Shown: positions 17,065-26,092, counted from the stretch's first letter. The stretch is DNA of 64,000 nucleotides from an uncultured Dehalococcoidia bacterium (GCA_964599885.1 CAZRHH010000008.1:22599-86598), one strand, 5' to 3'. The notes: generated from the letters alone by a model not told the origin. A program made the numbers and translations.

Positions 17065-18774
17065 GTGCGGTTTCTGGTTCTGGCGTTCGACTACGATGGC
17101 ACGCTGGCGAAAGATGGCCGCGTCGGCGAAGCGACAATTGACGCGCTGGAGCGGGCACGGGCGTCGGGCCGCAAGCTGCTGCTCGTGAGCGGTCGCGAGC
17201 TCGACGATCTGAGGCGGGTGTTCGACCACGAGGATCTCTTCGACTGCATCGTCGCCGAGAACGGCGCGATGTTGTACTGGCCCGCAAAGCGCGAGGAGCA
17301 GATCCTCGCGGAACGGCCGGACGAGTTGTTCGTCGCCGCGCTGCGAGCGGCGAACGTCACGCCGCTCAGCATCGGGCGCGTTGTTGTGGCGACGTGGGAG
17401 CCGAACGAAGCCGCCGTTCTGGAAGTGATCCGCGAGTTGGGGCTCGACTGGCAGATCACGTTCAACAAGGGCGCGGTGATGGTGCTGCCCCCGGGCGTAA
17501 ACAAGGGGACGGGACTCACGGCGGCGCTCGAGGCGCTCGCGCTCTCCTCGCACAACGTGCTGGCGATCGGCGATGCGGAGAACGACCTCGCGTTTCTCTC
17601 GGCGTGCGAGTGCGGATGCGCCGTAGCCAATGCGCTGCCGTTCGTGAAAGAGCGCGCCGACTTCGTGAGCGCGCTCGATCACGGTGCCGGCGTCGTCGAC
17701 ATCGTCAACCGCGTGCTGGATGACGACTTCGCCGATGCGACGGCGGATCTCGATCGCCATCTTCTATTCGTCAGTACCGGTGACAACGCCACACCGGGCG
17801 TGAGTGTGCGGCCGTACGGAGAGGCTGTGCTCGTCGCCGGTGCGTCTGGCTCCGGGAAGTCGACGGTGGCGCACGCGTTTCGCGAATTGCTCCAAGAGCG
17901 CGGATACCAGTACTGCATCATCGATCCGGAAGGCGACTACGAGGGCGCGGAGGGCGTCGTGCACTTTGGCGACCCGGATCACCGACCCAACGATGAGTCC
18001 GTGCTGCAACACCTGGCCGATCCGCGAGCGAACGCCGTCGTGAACCTGCTGGGCATGTCGCTCGACGACCGGCCGGGATACCTGGCGAAGTTGTTGGCGC
18101 GCCTGCTCGAGTTGCGCGGGCGCACCGGGCATCCCCACTGGATCATGATCGATGAGGCGCATCACATGTTGCCCGTGGGCTGGGAACGCGCGGCATCGAT
18201 CATGCCGGAGACGCTGGACAGCGTGCTGATGGTCACCGTGCATCCCGAATCGGTTGCGCCTAACGTGCTGGCGAAGGTCGACCTCGTTATCGGCGTGGGA
18301 CCGCAGGCGCACGACGCGATCGAGAGTTTTGCGCGCGGCGTCGATCGCGCGGTGCCGGGCCCGAAGGTGCTCGGTGAGGCGCGCAAGGCGATCGCCTGGC
18401 GCCCGGCCGACGACGATGGGCCGCTCCTGTTTTCACCGCGTCAGCCGAGGGGCGATCTGCACCGGCACAAGCGCAAGTACGCCGAGGGCGATCTGCAGGA
18501 CAACAGCTTCTACTTCCTCGGACCGGAGCGGAAGCTCAATCTGCGCGCGCAGAATCTGACGATCTTCGTGCAGATGGCCGATGGGGTCGATGACGAGACG
18601 TGGCTGCACCACCTCCGCCGGCATGACTACTCGCAGTGGTTCCGCGAATGCGTGAAGGACCCCGAACTCGCCGACATCGCCGCTAAGGCGGAAGAGGCGC
18701 AGGCCGATGACGTCGCCGCCAGCCGTGATGCTATCCGTTCCGCGATCGAAGATCGGTACACGGCTTCGGCGTAG
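17065..18774 (+). CDS. Fusion protein: HAD-IIB-type phosphatase + HerA/DUF87-like P-loop ATPase + C-terminal tail
   Basis: ORF 17044..18774. Start set at GTG 17065, 4 nt after AAGGAGG. HAD motifs FDYDGTL, VSGR and GDAENDL. Walker A GASGSGKST, IIDPEGDYEG, Walker B WIMIDEAHHML. Tail WLHHLRRHDYSQWFRECVKD. Confidence 0.8.
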   Translation: MRFLVLAFDYDGTLAKDGRVGEATIDALERARASGRKLLLVSGRELDDLRRVFDHEDLFDCIVAENGAMLYWPAKREEQILAERPDELFVAALRAANVTPLSIGRVVVATWEPNEAAVLEVIRELGLDWQITFNKGAVMVLPPGVNKGTGLTAALEALALSSHNVLAIGDAENDLAFLSACECGCAVANALPFVKERADFVSALDHGAGVVDIVNRVLDDDFADATADLDRHLLFVSTGDNATPGVSVRPYGEAVLVAGASGSGKSTVAHAFRELLQERGYQYCIIDPEGDYEGAEGVVHFGDPDHRPNDESVLQHLADPRANAVVNLLGMSLDDRPGYLAKLLARLLELRGRTGHPHWIMIDEAHHMLPVGWERAASIMPETLDSVLMVTVHPESVAPNVLAKVDLVIGVGPQAHDAIESFARGVDRAVPGPKVLGEARKAIAWRPADDDGPLLFSPRQPRGDLHRHKRKYAEGDLQDNSFYFLGPERKLNLRAQNLTIFVQMADGVDDETWLHHLRRHDYSQWFRECVKDPELADIAAKAEEAQADDVAASRDAIRSAIEDRYTASA

Positions 18775-18827
18775 GCGGGGCTGTCGCGAACTCATGTTGA
18801 ACGAGCGGATCGCCGAAAGCCAGCATC

Positions 18828-18858
18828 GCGCGGGCTAAAAGCCCGCGCTACGTTGGCG
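18828..18858. repeat. REP-like hairpin, subfamily GCGCGGGCT-RAA-AGCCCGCGC + TACG tail (copy 2)
   Basis: Stem 18828-18836 / 18840-18848 is identical to 6819-6839 except for one loop base. Tail TACGTTGGCG. Confidence 0.65.
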
Positions 18859-18940
18859 TCTGCGGCGCAGTTTCGGTCTATCGCGTAATTGCTGTGGCCT
18901 TCAGAATGTGCCGCACACACGACACGAAGGAGGCACAGCC

Positions 18941-20593
18941 ATGGCCGAGATTGATGGCGCGACGCTGATCGCGCGGAGCCTGAAGCAGCACGGCGTTGAG
19001 TACATGTTCGGGATCATCGGCATCCCCGTCGTGCCGATCGCATTCGCGGCGCAGCGCGTCGGGATCAAGTACATCGGCATGCGCCACGAGCAGTCGGCGT
19101 CGTACGCAGCGCAAGCGGTCGGCTACCTGACGGGACGTCCGGGAGCGTGCCTGGCGGTGTCCGGGCCGGGTATGACGAACGCGATCTCCGGGCTGGCGAA
19201 CGCCTGGGCGAACCGCTGGCCGATGATCCTGCTCGGCGGCTCGTCGGACATGTCGCAGCATGGCATGGGTGCGTTCCAGGAAGCGCCGCAAGTCGAATCG
19301 GCGCGGCCGTGGTGCAAGTACGCGGCCGAAGTTGATCGCATCGACCGCATCCCCTACTTCGTCGAGCAGGCCGTGCGCACGTCGATCTACGGGCGCCCCG
19401 GCCCCGTGTACCTCGACCTCCCCGGCGACATCATCAGCGGCAAGGTCGACGACGAGGCGGCGCCGCAGCGTCCGCCGCTCGCCGACGCGCCGCGCTTCTT
19501 CGCCGATCCGGCGGCAGTCGAGGCGGCTGTCGCTGCGCTGAAGAGCGCCGAACGGCCGTTGGTGATCGTCGGCAAGGGTGCGGCGTACGCGCGCGCCGAA
19601 GACGAAGTGCGCGCGTTTATCGAGACGACGCAACTGCCGTTTCTGGCGACGCCGATGGGCAAGGGCGTGATGCCGGACGATCACCCGCTGTCGGTGGGCG
19701 CGGCGCGATCGCACGTGCTGCAGAACGCCGACCTCGTGCTGTTGATGGGCGCGCGCCTCAACTGGATCTTGCATTTCGGCCTGCCGCCGCGCTTCAACGA
19801 GAACGTGCGCGTCATTCAGATGGACATAGCCGCGGAGGAGATCGGCACGAACGTGCCGGCGGAAGTCGCGCTGGTCGGCGACGCGAAGGCGGTGACATCG
19901 CAGCTGAACAGCGTGCTGCGTGACGAACCGTGGCAGTGTGCGCCCGAGACGACGTGGCGCACGGGCATCGCGAAGAAGATCGAAGAGAACAGCGCGACGA
20001 CGCAGGCGATGTTCGACGACGACAGCGTGCCGATGAACTACTACCGCGTGCTGCGCGAGATCCGCGACATGCTGCCGCGCGACGCGATCATCGCCAGCGA
20101 AGGCGCCAACACGATGGACATCGGCCGCACGGTGCTGCCGAATTTCGAGCCGCGGCACCGTCTCGACGCCGGCAGCTTCGGAACGATGGGCGTCGGGCTG
20201 GCGTTCGCGATTGCGGCGCAGGCGGTGCATCCGGGCAAGCGTGTCGTGGCTGTCGAGGGCGACTCGGCGTTTGGGTTTAGCGGCATGGAGGTCGAAGTCG
20301 CGTGCCGTTACAACATGCCAATCACGTTCATCATCCTGAACAACAACGGCATCAGCGGCGGGCCGGCGACGATCGATCCCAACCGCGTCATGCCGAACCA
20401 GTACGTGCCAAGCGCGCGCTACGAGAAGGTAATCGAAGCGTTCGGAGGCGACGGCTATTTCGCCGAGACGCCGGACCAGTTGCGGACAGCGCTCGAAGCA
20501 GCGTTCGCGAGTAACCGGCCGAACGTCGTCAACATCATGATCAACGCGTCGGCGCAGCGTAAGCCGCAGCAGTTCGGGTGGCTTACGCGATAA
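18941..20593 (+). CDS. Thiamine-diphosphate enzyme of the oxalyl-CoA decarboxylase / 2-hydroxyacyl-CoA lyase family
   Basis: ORF 18908..20593. Start at ATG 18941, 7 nt after GAAGGAGG. GIIGIPVVPIA..IKYIGMRHEQSASYAAQAVGYLTGRPGACLAVSGPGMTNA is very close by eye to the Oxc/HACL1 N-terminal TPP-pyrimidine domain. C-terminal GDSAFGFSGME..NN TPP-binding motif. Confidence 0.85.
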   Translation: MAEIDGATLIARSLKQHGVEYMFGIIGIPVVPIAFAAQRVGIKYIGMRHEQSASYAAQAVGYLTGRPGACLAVSGPGMTNAISGLANAWANRWPMILLGGSSDMSQHGMGAFQEAPQVESARPWCKYAAEVDRIDRIPYFVEQAVRTSIYGRPGPVYLDLPGDIISGKVDDEAAPQRPPLADAPRFFADPAAVEAAVAALKSAERPLVIVGKGAAYARAEDEVRAFIETTQLPFLATPMGKGVMPDDHPLSVGAARSHVLQNADLVLLMGARLNWILHFGLPPRFNENVRVIQMDIAAEEIGTNVPAEVALVGDAKAVTSQLNSVLRDEPWQCAPETTWRTGIAKKIEENSATTQAMFDDDSVPMNYYRVLREIRDMLPRDAIIASEGANTMDIGRTVLPNFEPRHRLDAGSFGTMGVGLAFAIAAQAVHPGKRVVAVEGDSAFGFSGMEVEVACRYNMPITFIILNNNGISGGPATIDPNRVMPNQYVPSARYEKVIEAFGGDGYFAETPDQLRTALEAAFASNRPNVVNIMINASAQRKPQQFGWLTR

Positions 20594-20598
20594 GGCGC

Positions 20599-20633
20599 GG
20601 GAAGCGGGAAGCGGGAGACGAGAAGCGGGATTT
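20599..20633 (+). repeat. Tandem heptanucleotide array GGGAAGC GGGAAGC GGGAGAC GAGAAGC GGGATTT
   Basis: Five 7-nt units starting 6 nt after the stop at 20593. It has four GGG tracts. Confidence 0.65.
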
Positions 20634-20696
20634 TCTGCGTCGTATTTCATACGCGTGGTTACGCGCCACACGCACCGGACAGTGACATGGAACGAT

Positions 20697-20725
20697 TTGC
20701 CATCGGATCGCGGTGTTGGTAGGGT
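20697..20725 (+). promoter_or_regulatory. Candidate sigma70-type promoter for the cold-shock gene (TTGCCA-17 nt-TAGGGT)
   Basis: TTGCCA 20697-20702, 17-nt spacer, TAGGGT 20720-20725. This would give a 5' UTR of about 155-160 nt before ATG 20889, a length typical of cspA-type mRNAs. Confidence 0.3.
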
Positions 20726-20888
20726 GAGCAGGTAGAGCAAAGTCCTCGTTCGACCGCACCGAAGTCTCCTGTCGCACCCAGCGCCCACGACGACTCAGAC
20801 GGTACAGAGGCACTCGCCGCAGCGAGCATGAATTTGTGCAGAACGTCGTGGACACAACGAATTCCCCACGGCGACAGGAGGTTACACC

Positions 20889-21104
20889 ATGGCAGCAGGA
20901 CAAATTAAGCGGCTCGTACGCGACCGCGGATTCGGCTTCATCCGGCCGGAGGGCGCATCGGAAGACATCTTCTTCCACAGCTCCTCGATTCAGGGTGCGT
21001 TGTTCGATGACCTCAACGAAGGCCAGAACGTCGACTTCGACACGGAGCCGGACCCGCGCGACTCGCGCCGCAGCCGCGCCACGAACATCCGCCTCGCGAG
21101 CTAA
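20889..21104 (+). CDS. Cold-shock domain protein (CspA family) with short basic C-terminal extension
   Basis: 71 aa. GFGFIRPEGASEDIFFH holds the RNP1/RNP2-like motifs. AGGAGG lies 7 nt upstream of the ATG. Confidence 0.9.
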   Translation: MAAGQIKRLVRDRGFGFIRPEGASEDIFFHSSSIQGALFDDLNEGQNVDFDTEPDPRDSRRSRATNIRLAS

Positions 21105-21132
21105 CGCTCGGCGCGGCAACGATGCAATGCAA

Positions 21133-21158
21133 AGGCCCGGAGCATATGCTCCGGGCCT
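21133..21158 (+). terminator. Strong hairpin after csp (12-bp perfect stem AGGCCCGGAGCA/TGCTCCGGGCCT)
   Basis: Perfect inverted repeat 21133-21144 / 21147-21158. Only a weak T tract (TTCGTGCTGTC) follows. Confidence 0.6.
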
Positions 21159-21199
21159 TCGTGCTGTCAGCTGACGCGCGATCTGGCCCGTCACGAACA

Positions 21200-21234
21200 G
21201 TGGTGTTTGGTGTTTGGTGATTGGTCGTAGGTGC
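21200..21234 (+). repeat. Tandem heptanucleotide array GTGGTGT TTGGTGT TTGGTGA TTGGTCG TAGGTGC
   Basis: Five 7-nt units in the convergent spacer between csp and the MFS gene. A 2-unit echo (ATTGGTG TTGGTCT) lies near 41836-41850. Confidence 0.55.
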
Positions 21235-21245
21235 GCGCCCCGCCA

Positions 21246-22511
21246 TCAAATCTCTCGCAGGCGCTGGCTGGTGACGCCGATGAACAGCACGATTGCCGTC
21301 GCGAGGCCGGCGAAACCGGCGACGGTCACTTGCGCGCCGAAGACATCGATCAGCGCGCCCATCGCCAGCGCGCTGAACGGCGTGATGCCGCTGACCATCA
21401 CGTACAACGAGAGTACGCGGCCTCGATATTCGTCGTCGACGACGAGTTGGATCATCACCTGATTGAGCATCAGGTAGATCGAATTCGCGATGCCGGCGAC
21501 GACGAGCAGCGCGAACGACAGCGCGTAGACGTTCGAGAGCGCGAACAGCGTCACGAGCGCCATGTACACGAACGTAGTCCAGACGAGGATCTGGCCGCGC
21601 TTTTTCACCTGCGTCAGATTCGCCGCGAGCACGGCGCCGACGATCGAGCCGTAACCAACGGCCGACGCGAGAAAGCCGAAGCCAACGGATCCCACGCCGA
21701 GCACGTCGTCGGCGAAGACGGGGATGTACTGCACGTACGGGTAGACGAGCAAGCTCGGCAGCCCGGCCATCAGCACGAGCAGCAGCACGTCGCGATTCCG
21801 TCGCGCATACGTGATGCCATCGCCGAGGCTGGCCAGCACCGACGACGTCTGCCCGACGCGCGGCGTGCCCTTCGTTTTGATGCGTGATGTCGCGAGCACG
21901 GACAGGGCGTACGCGGCCGCCTGCACCGCGAACGCGGCGCCGATACCGGCCGTGCCGATCAGCGCGCCGGCGAGCGACGGCCCGACGATGCGCATCGTGT
22001 TCGAGCCGAGCGAGTTGATGGCGACGGCGTTCGCCAGGTCTTCCTCGCCGACCACGTCGTACACCATTACCTGCCGCGCCGGCTGGTTAACGGCGTCGGA
22101 CAGCCCTTCGAGCGTGGCGATCGGGTACATCATCCAGATCTCGATGATGCCCGAGAACAGCAGCAGCGCGAGCAACACGGCGACGACGGCGCTGATCGCC
22201 GTCATCGACATCAGCACACTGCGACGGCTGAAGCGATCCGTGATGAGTCCGGCGAATGGCGACACGACGACGGACGACACGCCGCGGACGAAGCTGACCG
22301 CGCCGACCTGAAACGGGGAGTTCGTCAGGTCGAAGACGAGGTAGCCCTGCGCGGCGAACTGCACCCACTGCCCGAGCATCGTGCCGACGTTACCGAACCA
22401 CAGCACGCGAAAATCGGGATATTTGCCGAGCGCGTAGAACGTGCGCCCGCGGAACCCGCGCAGCCCCTTCGCCTGAAGGCTATCGACGGGCGGCTCGGAT
22501 GACGTTGACAC
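21246..22511 (-). CDS. MFS transporter (12-TM type)
   Basis: 421-aa hydrophobic ORF with the typical MFS N- and C-halves and a D-R-x-x-R-R-like loop (ITDRFSRRS). Confidence 0.85.
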   Translation of the reverse strand: MSTSSEPPVDSLQAKGLRGFRGRTFYALGKYPDFRVLWFGNVGTMLGQWVQFAAQGYLVFDLTNSPFQVGAVSFVRGVSSVVVSPFAGLITDRFSRRSVLMSMTAISAVVAVLLALLLFSGIIEIWMMYPIATLEGLSDAVNQPARQVMVYDVVGEEDLANAVAINSLGSNTMRIVGPSLAGALIGTAGIGAAFAVQAAAYALSVLATSRIKTKGTPRVGQTSSVLASLGDGITYARRNRDVLLLVLMAGLPSLLVYPYVQYIPVFADDVLGVGSVGFGFLASAVGYGSIVGAVLAANLTQVKKRGQILVWTTFVYMALVTLFALSNVYALSFALLVVAGIANSIYLMLNQVMIQLVVDDEYRGRVLSLYVMVSGITPFSALAMGALIDVFGAQVTVAGFAGLATAIVLFIGVTSQRLREI

Positions 22512-22588
22512 GCGGCGCCTGACGCTGAACGTTGTGTCGGATGCGGAATGTTAGCGCGGCAGTTGTTTGCGCGCGAGCGCGGAGCGCC

Positions 22589-22648
22589 GGATGCGCACGA
22601 AGCGCATCCGCGCGCAGGCGGAGCTAAAGCTCCGCAGCTACATTCGCG
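22589..22648. repeat. Two adjacent hairpins: GGATGCGC-ACGAA-GCGCATCC, then a REP-like GCGGAGC-TAAA-GCTCCGC + AGCTACATTCGCG tail (copy 2 of the 6747 subfamily)
   Basis: Stems 22589-22596/22602-22609 and 22618-22624/22629-22635. The tail ACATTCG is shared with 6771-6777. Confidence 0.6.
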
Positions 22649-22672
22649 CTGGGCGGGGATGGACGATCGCCC

Positions 22673-23524
22673 TTACTGGCGCGGCAGTTCGCCGTAGTCG
22701 CCGAACGGCGCGTCGCGCTTGCGGACGGCTTCGCGGAAGCCGTCGCGCATCGCCATGTCGCGCCAGGCGACGCCTTCCGGCGTGTGGCGCGCGATGCCAT
22801 CGAACACCGTGCCGATGAGCTGGCTCGTGCGGAGGCCCATGTTCTCGTACGCCTGGTTGACGAGCAGCTTGCTCATCACAAGCTGATTGAGCGGGATCGT
22901 CGCGAGCTTCTGCGCCATCGCTTCGGCCTCGTCGCGCACCTGGTTGGCGGGCACGGACTTCGACGCCAATCCGAGGCGCTCCGCTTCGACGCCCGTCAGC
23001 GACGCGCCGGTGAGCATCAGGCGCTTGGCGTGCTCCATGCCGAGGCGGTACACCCACATCATCGTCGTCGGCTCGCCCCAGATGCGCGCTGGCGGGTAGC
23101 CGATCTGCGCGTCGTCGGCCATGAAGATCAGGTCGCTGCACAGCGCGAGATCCGTCCCGCCGCCGACGCACCAGCCATGCACCTGCGCGATGACCGGCTT
23201 CGGGCTCTCCCAGAGCGCCATGTACGCCCGCACGTTGCGAGACATGCCCATGTAATCGCGCACCGGATCCCACTGCCCGCTCATCGCCTGCTGGTTGGCG
23301 TCTTCGGCTTTCACGCCCCAGTCGAGGTCGTAGCCGGCGCAGAACGCGCGTCCGGCGCCGCTCAGGATCATCACGCGCACGGTGTGATCGTCGTTCGCGG
23401 CCGCGACGGCGCTGCGCAAATCGGCGACGAGTTGCGAGTTGATCGCGTTCAGGCGCTCCGGTCGGTTCAGCACGATGCGCGCGATGCCATCACCCGCGCT
23501 GTAGTCAATCGTCTCGTATGTCAT
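22673..23524 (-). CDS. Enoyl-CoA hydratase/isomerase (crotonase) family protein
   Basis: ORF 22673..23560. Start set at ATG 23524 (MTYETIDYSAGDGIARIVLNRPERLNA) with GAGGGAG upstream. Oxyanion-hole segment GAGRAFCAGYDL. Confidence 0.88.
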   Translation of the reverse strand: MTYETIDYSAGDGIARIVLNRPERLNAINSQLVADLRSAVAAANDDHTVRVMILSGAGRAFCAGYDLDWGVKAEDANQQAMSGQWDPVRDYMGMSRNVRAYMALWESPKPVIAQVHGWCVGGGTDLALCSDLIFMADDAQIGYPPARIWGEPTTMMWVYRLGMEHAKRLMLTGASLTGVEAERLGLASKSVPANQVRDEAEAMAQKLATIPLNQLVMSKLLVNQAYENMGLRTSQLIGTVFDGIARHTPEGVAWRDMAMRDGFREAVRKRDAPFGDYGELPRQ

Positions 23525-23552
23525 CGTGCGTCTCCCTCGTTCTCGGCGCGCC

Positions 23553-24575
23553 TCACTCACCGTCCATGCGGATGATCAGCTTCGTCGGGATGTCCTGCAT
23601 CGCCGCGATCGCGTCGTCCGCGCCGACGACGCTGCTCGTCACCAGCTCCGGCTTCAGCCGGCCGCTCGCGATCAGATCGAGCAGCGGCGGGATGATCGGA
23701 CGCGCGTGGACGCGTCCCGTCTCGAAGCGCATGCCGATGTTGTACATGTGGAACAGCGGCATCGGCGTCGTGCGGTCGTAATAGATGCCGACGCTGGTGC
23801 ATGTGCCGCCCGGCTGCGTCGCCTTGATCGCGAACGACAACCCATCGACGTCCGCGCTGGCGTCGACCGTGATCGGAAACGGGCCGATGCGCGCCGCCGG
23901 GCGCCCTTCGTGGACGTTCCCACCCAGCGTCGTCGCGAGTTCGAGCCGTTCGCGGCTGTGGTCGATGTAGTCGACGGAGCGCGCGCCGAGCGTGAGCGCG
24001 ATCGCCGCGGCGTACAGTCCGATGCTTCCCGCGCCGCCCGCCATAATCAGCACCGGCGCGCCGGGCGTCGCTTCGAGCTGTGGCGCAACGGTGCGCCAGG
24101 CGTCGGGAAGGTTGTCGCTGGCACTCGCGGCCGCGGCGGGATCGACGCCATCGGGCAGGCTGACGAGCATCGCGTCGGCGTACGGTACGAGGACGCGGTC
24201 GGAGAGCATGCCACCCCAGGCGCCGCCCACGGGAAGGCCGTACATTGCAAACGGCTTCACCATCGAACAACTGCCCGTGAGTCCGCGGGCGCAGCGGTCA
24301 CAGGCGCCGCATGAGATCTGAAACGGCACCACGACGAGGTCGCCGGGCGCCACCGACACCACGTCCGCGCCCACCTCGACGACCCGCGCGACGCACTCGT
24401 GACCGAGCGCGAACGGCCCGGGCTGCGGCACGCGGCCGCTGATCACCGACTTGTCGAGATCGCACAGCGCGACGGCGATTGGCGCTACGATCGCCTGTGC
24501 CGGAGCTTCAATCTGCGGCTCCGGCACGTCTTGCCACTCGACGCGTCGGGGCTCGATGAACGTGAGTTGACGCAC
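23553..24575 (-). CDS. Zinc-dependent alcohol dehydrogenase (MDR superfamily)
   Basis: 340 aa. GHECVARVVEVG zinc-ligand motif. GAGSIGLYA-type Rossmann glycine motif (MAGGAGSIGLYAAA). Confidence 0.88.
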   Translation of the reverse strand: MRQLTFIEPRRVEWQDVPEPQIEAPAQAIVAPIAVALCDLDKSVISGRVPQPGPFALGHECVARVVEVGADVVSVAPGDLVVVPFQISCGACDRCARGLTGSCSMVKPFAMYGLPVGGAWGGMLSDRVLVPYADAMLVSLPDGVDPAAAASASDNLPDAWRTVAPQLEATPGAPVLIMAGGAGSIGLYAAAIALTLGARSVDYIDHSRERLELATTLGGNVHEGRPAARIGPFPITVDASADVDGLSFAIKATQPGGTCTSVGIYYDRTTPMPLFHMYNIGMRFETGRVHARPIIPPLLDLIASGRLKPELVTSSVVGADDAIAAMQDIPTKLIIRMDGE

Positions 24576-24800
24576 CCTGCTTACTCCTTCTTGGCGGTCG
24601 TACGTGTGGCTCTAGCCAATATCGCGCGTTTTCCCGCATTTGCCGCGCCTATGGTTTACCCGTTACACTAGCATCACAAACGAATCTTCAGTAAACGTCC
24701 GCTGCGATAGCCTCCCACTGAAATCCAGTGACAGCATCTGCCATTTCGCACTGGTCGTCGAGAAGATCATCAACATCTTCTGGCGAAAGGTATCCCTAAC

Positions 24801-26018
24801 TTGCAGTCATTCCGTGAACTGGCGCTTCGGCCTTCAAGTCTGAAGGCTCTCGATGCGTCGCAAATCGTAACACCCACCCCAATCCAGGCGGGCGCTATCC
24901 CGCCGTTGCTCGAAGGCAAGGACGTCATCGGGCAAGCGTATACCGGCTCCGGCAAGACGCTCGCGTTCGGCCTGCCGCTGATCGAGAGCATCGACATCAA
25001 GAACAAGTGGCTCCAGGCGCTCGTCCTGGTGCCGACGCGCGAGCTTGCGCAGCAGGTGCACGGCGTCATCGAGGAGCTTGCGAAGCCTGCGGGCATCCGC
25101 ACGACGATGATTTTCGGCGGGCGCGCGTTCCAGCCGCAGCAGGACGCCATCTATCGCGGCGCGCAGGTCGTCGTCGGCACGCCGGGCCGCATTCTCGACC
25201 ACGTGTCGCGCGGCACGATGACGCTCGAAGGCATCACGTTCTTCGTGCTCGACGAAGCGGATCAGATGCTCGACCAGGGCTTCGCGCCCGATGTCGAGCG
25301 CATCCTCGCCGCGACGCCGAGCGAGCGTCAGACAGCGCTCTTCTCGGCGACGACGCCGGCGTGGGTGCACAAAGTCTCCTCGAAGCATCTCCGCAACCCC
25401 GTCGTCGTTGAGACGCAACCGGAAGAAGAAGCCGGCCCCGACATCGACCACGTCGTGTATGAGATCTGGAAGGAAGACAAGTTCAACGTGCTCGCCCGCC
25501 TGCTCGACGAGCCGACGGAAGGCACGACGCTCGTCTTCGGGCGCACGAAGCACGGCGTCCGTAATCTCGGCGTGAAGCTCGAACGCATGGGTTATGCGGT
25601 CGACGTGCTGCAGGGCAACCTCAGCCAGGGCCAGCGCGACCGTGTGCTCGAGAAGTTCCGTGCCGGCAAGACGCCGGTGCTGCTCGCGACGAACGTCGCC
25701 GCGCGCGGTCTCGACGTGCTGCACGTCAGCCGCGTGATCAACTTCGAGCTGCCGGAAACGCACGAGCTGTTCACGCACCGCGTCGGCCGCACGGGCCGCA
25801 TGGGCCGCTCCGGCCGCGCGATCACGCTGCTCTCGCCGGCGGAGCTGCCGAAGTGGCGCGAGATCGAACGCGGCCTCGGCCGCACGCTCCCGCGCATGAC
25901 GCCCGACGGCGAAGAGATCAAGCCTCAGCCCGCGAAAACGACCGCGCCCGGCACGCGACGCGGCTCCGGCAGCTTCGGCGGCCGCCGCCGCACCAGCGCC
26001 TTCGGGGCGCGGCGCTAA
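24801..26018 (+). CDS. DEAD-box ATP-dependent RNA helicase
   Basis: 405 aa with a TTG start. Q-motif TPTPIQ, AYTGSGKT, VLDEADQML, SAT, HRVGRTGRMG. Basic Arg/Gly-rich C-terminal tail. Preceded by a 225-nt AT-richer leader. Confidence 0.93.
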   Translation: MQSFRELALRPSSLKALDASQIVTPTPIQAGAIPPLLEGKDVIGQAYTGSGKTLAFGLPLIESIDIKNKWLQALVLVPTRELAQQVHGVIEELAKPAGIRTTMIFGGRAFQPQQDAIYRGAQVVVGTPGRILDHVSRGTMTLEGITFFVLDEADQMLDQGFAPDVERILAATPSERQTALFSATTPAWVHKVSSKHLRNPVVVETQPEEEAGPDIDHVVYEIWKEDKFNVLARLLDEPTEGTTLVFGRTKHGVRNLGVKLERMGYAVDVLQGNLSQGQRDRVLEKFRAGKTPVLLATNVAARGLDVLHVSRVINFELPETHELFTHRVGRTGRMGRSGRAITLLSPAELPKWREIERGLGRTLPRMTPDGEEIKPQPAKTTAPGTRRGSGSFGGRRRTSAFGARR

Positions 26019-26048
26019 CGGCGTCGTTCGGCACAACGCGAACATGCA

Positions 26049-26082
26049 CACAGCCCATCTTCGGATGGGCTGTGCTGTTTTC
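26049..26082 (+). terminator. Intrinsic terminator after the helicase gene
   Basis: 11-bp stem CACAGCCCATC/GATGGGCTGTG (26049-26059 / 26064-26074) with a TTCG tetraloop, followed by CTGTTTTCGTG. Confidence 0.8.
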
Positions 26083-26092
26083 GTGCTTGGCG

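Noticed and set aside
24576-24800. AT-rich 225-bp stretch as a mobile-element scar or small gene.
   Set aside because: It has no inverted or direct terminal repeats. Its only ORF is a 67-aa low-complexity one (24640..24843) running into the helicase start. Its position fits a promoter plus long 5' UTR for the DEAD-box helicase.
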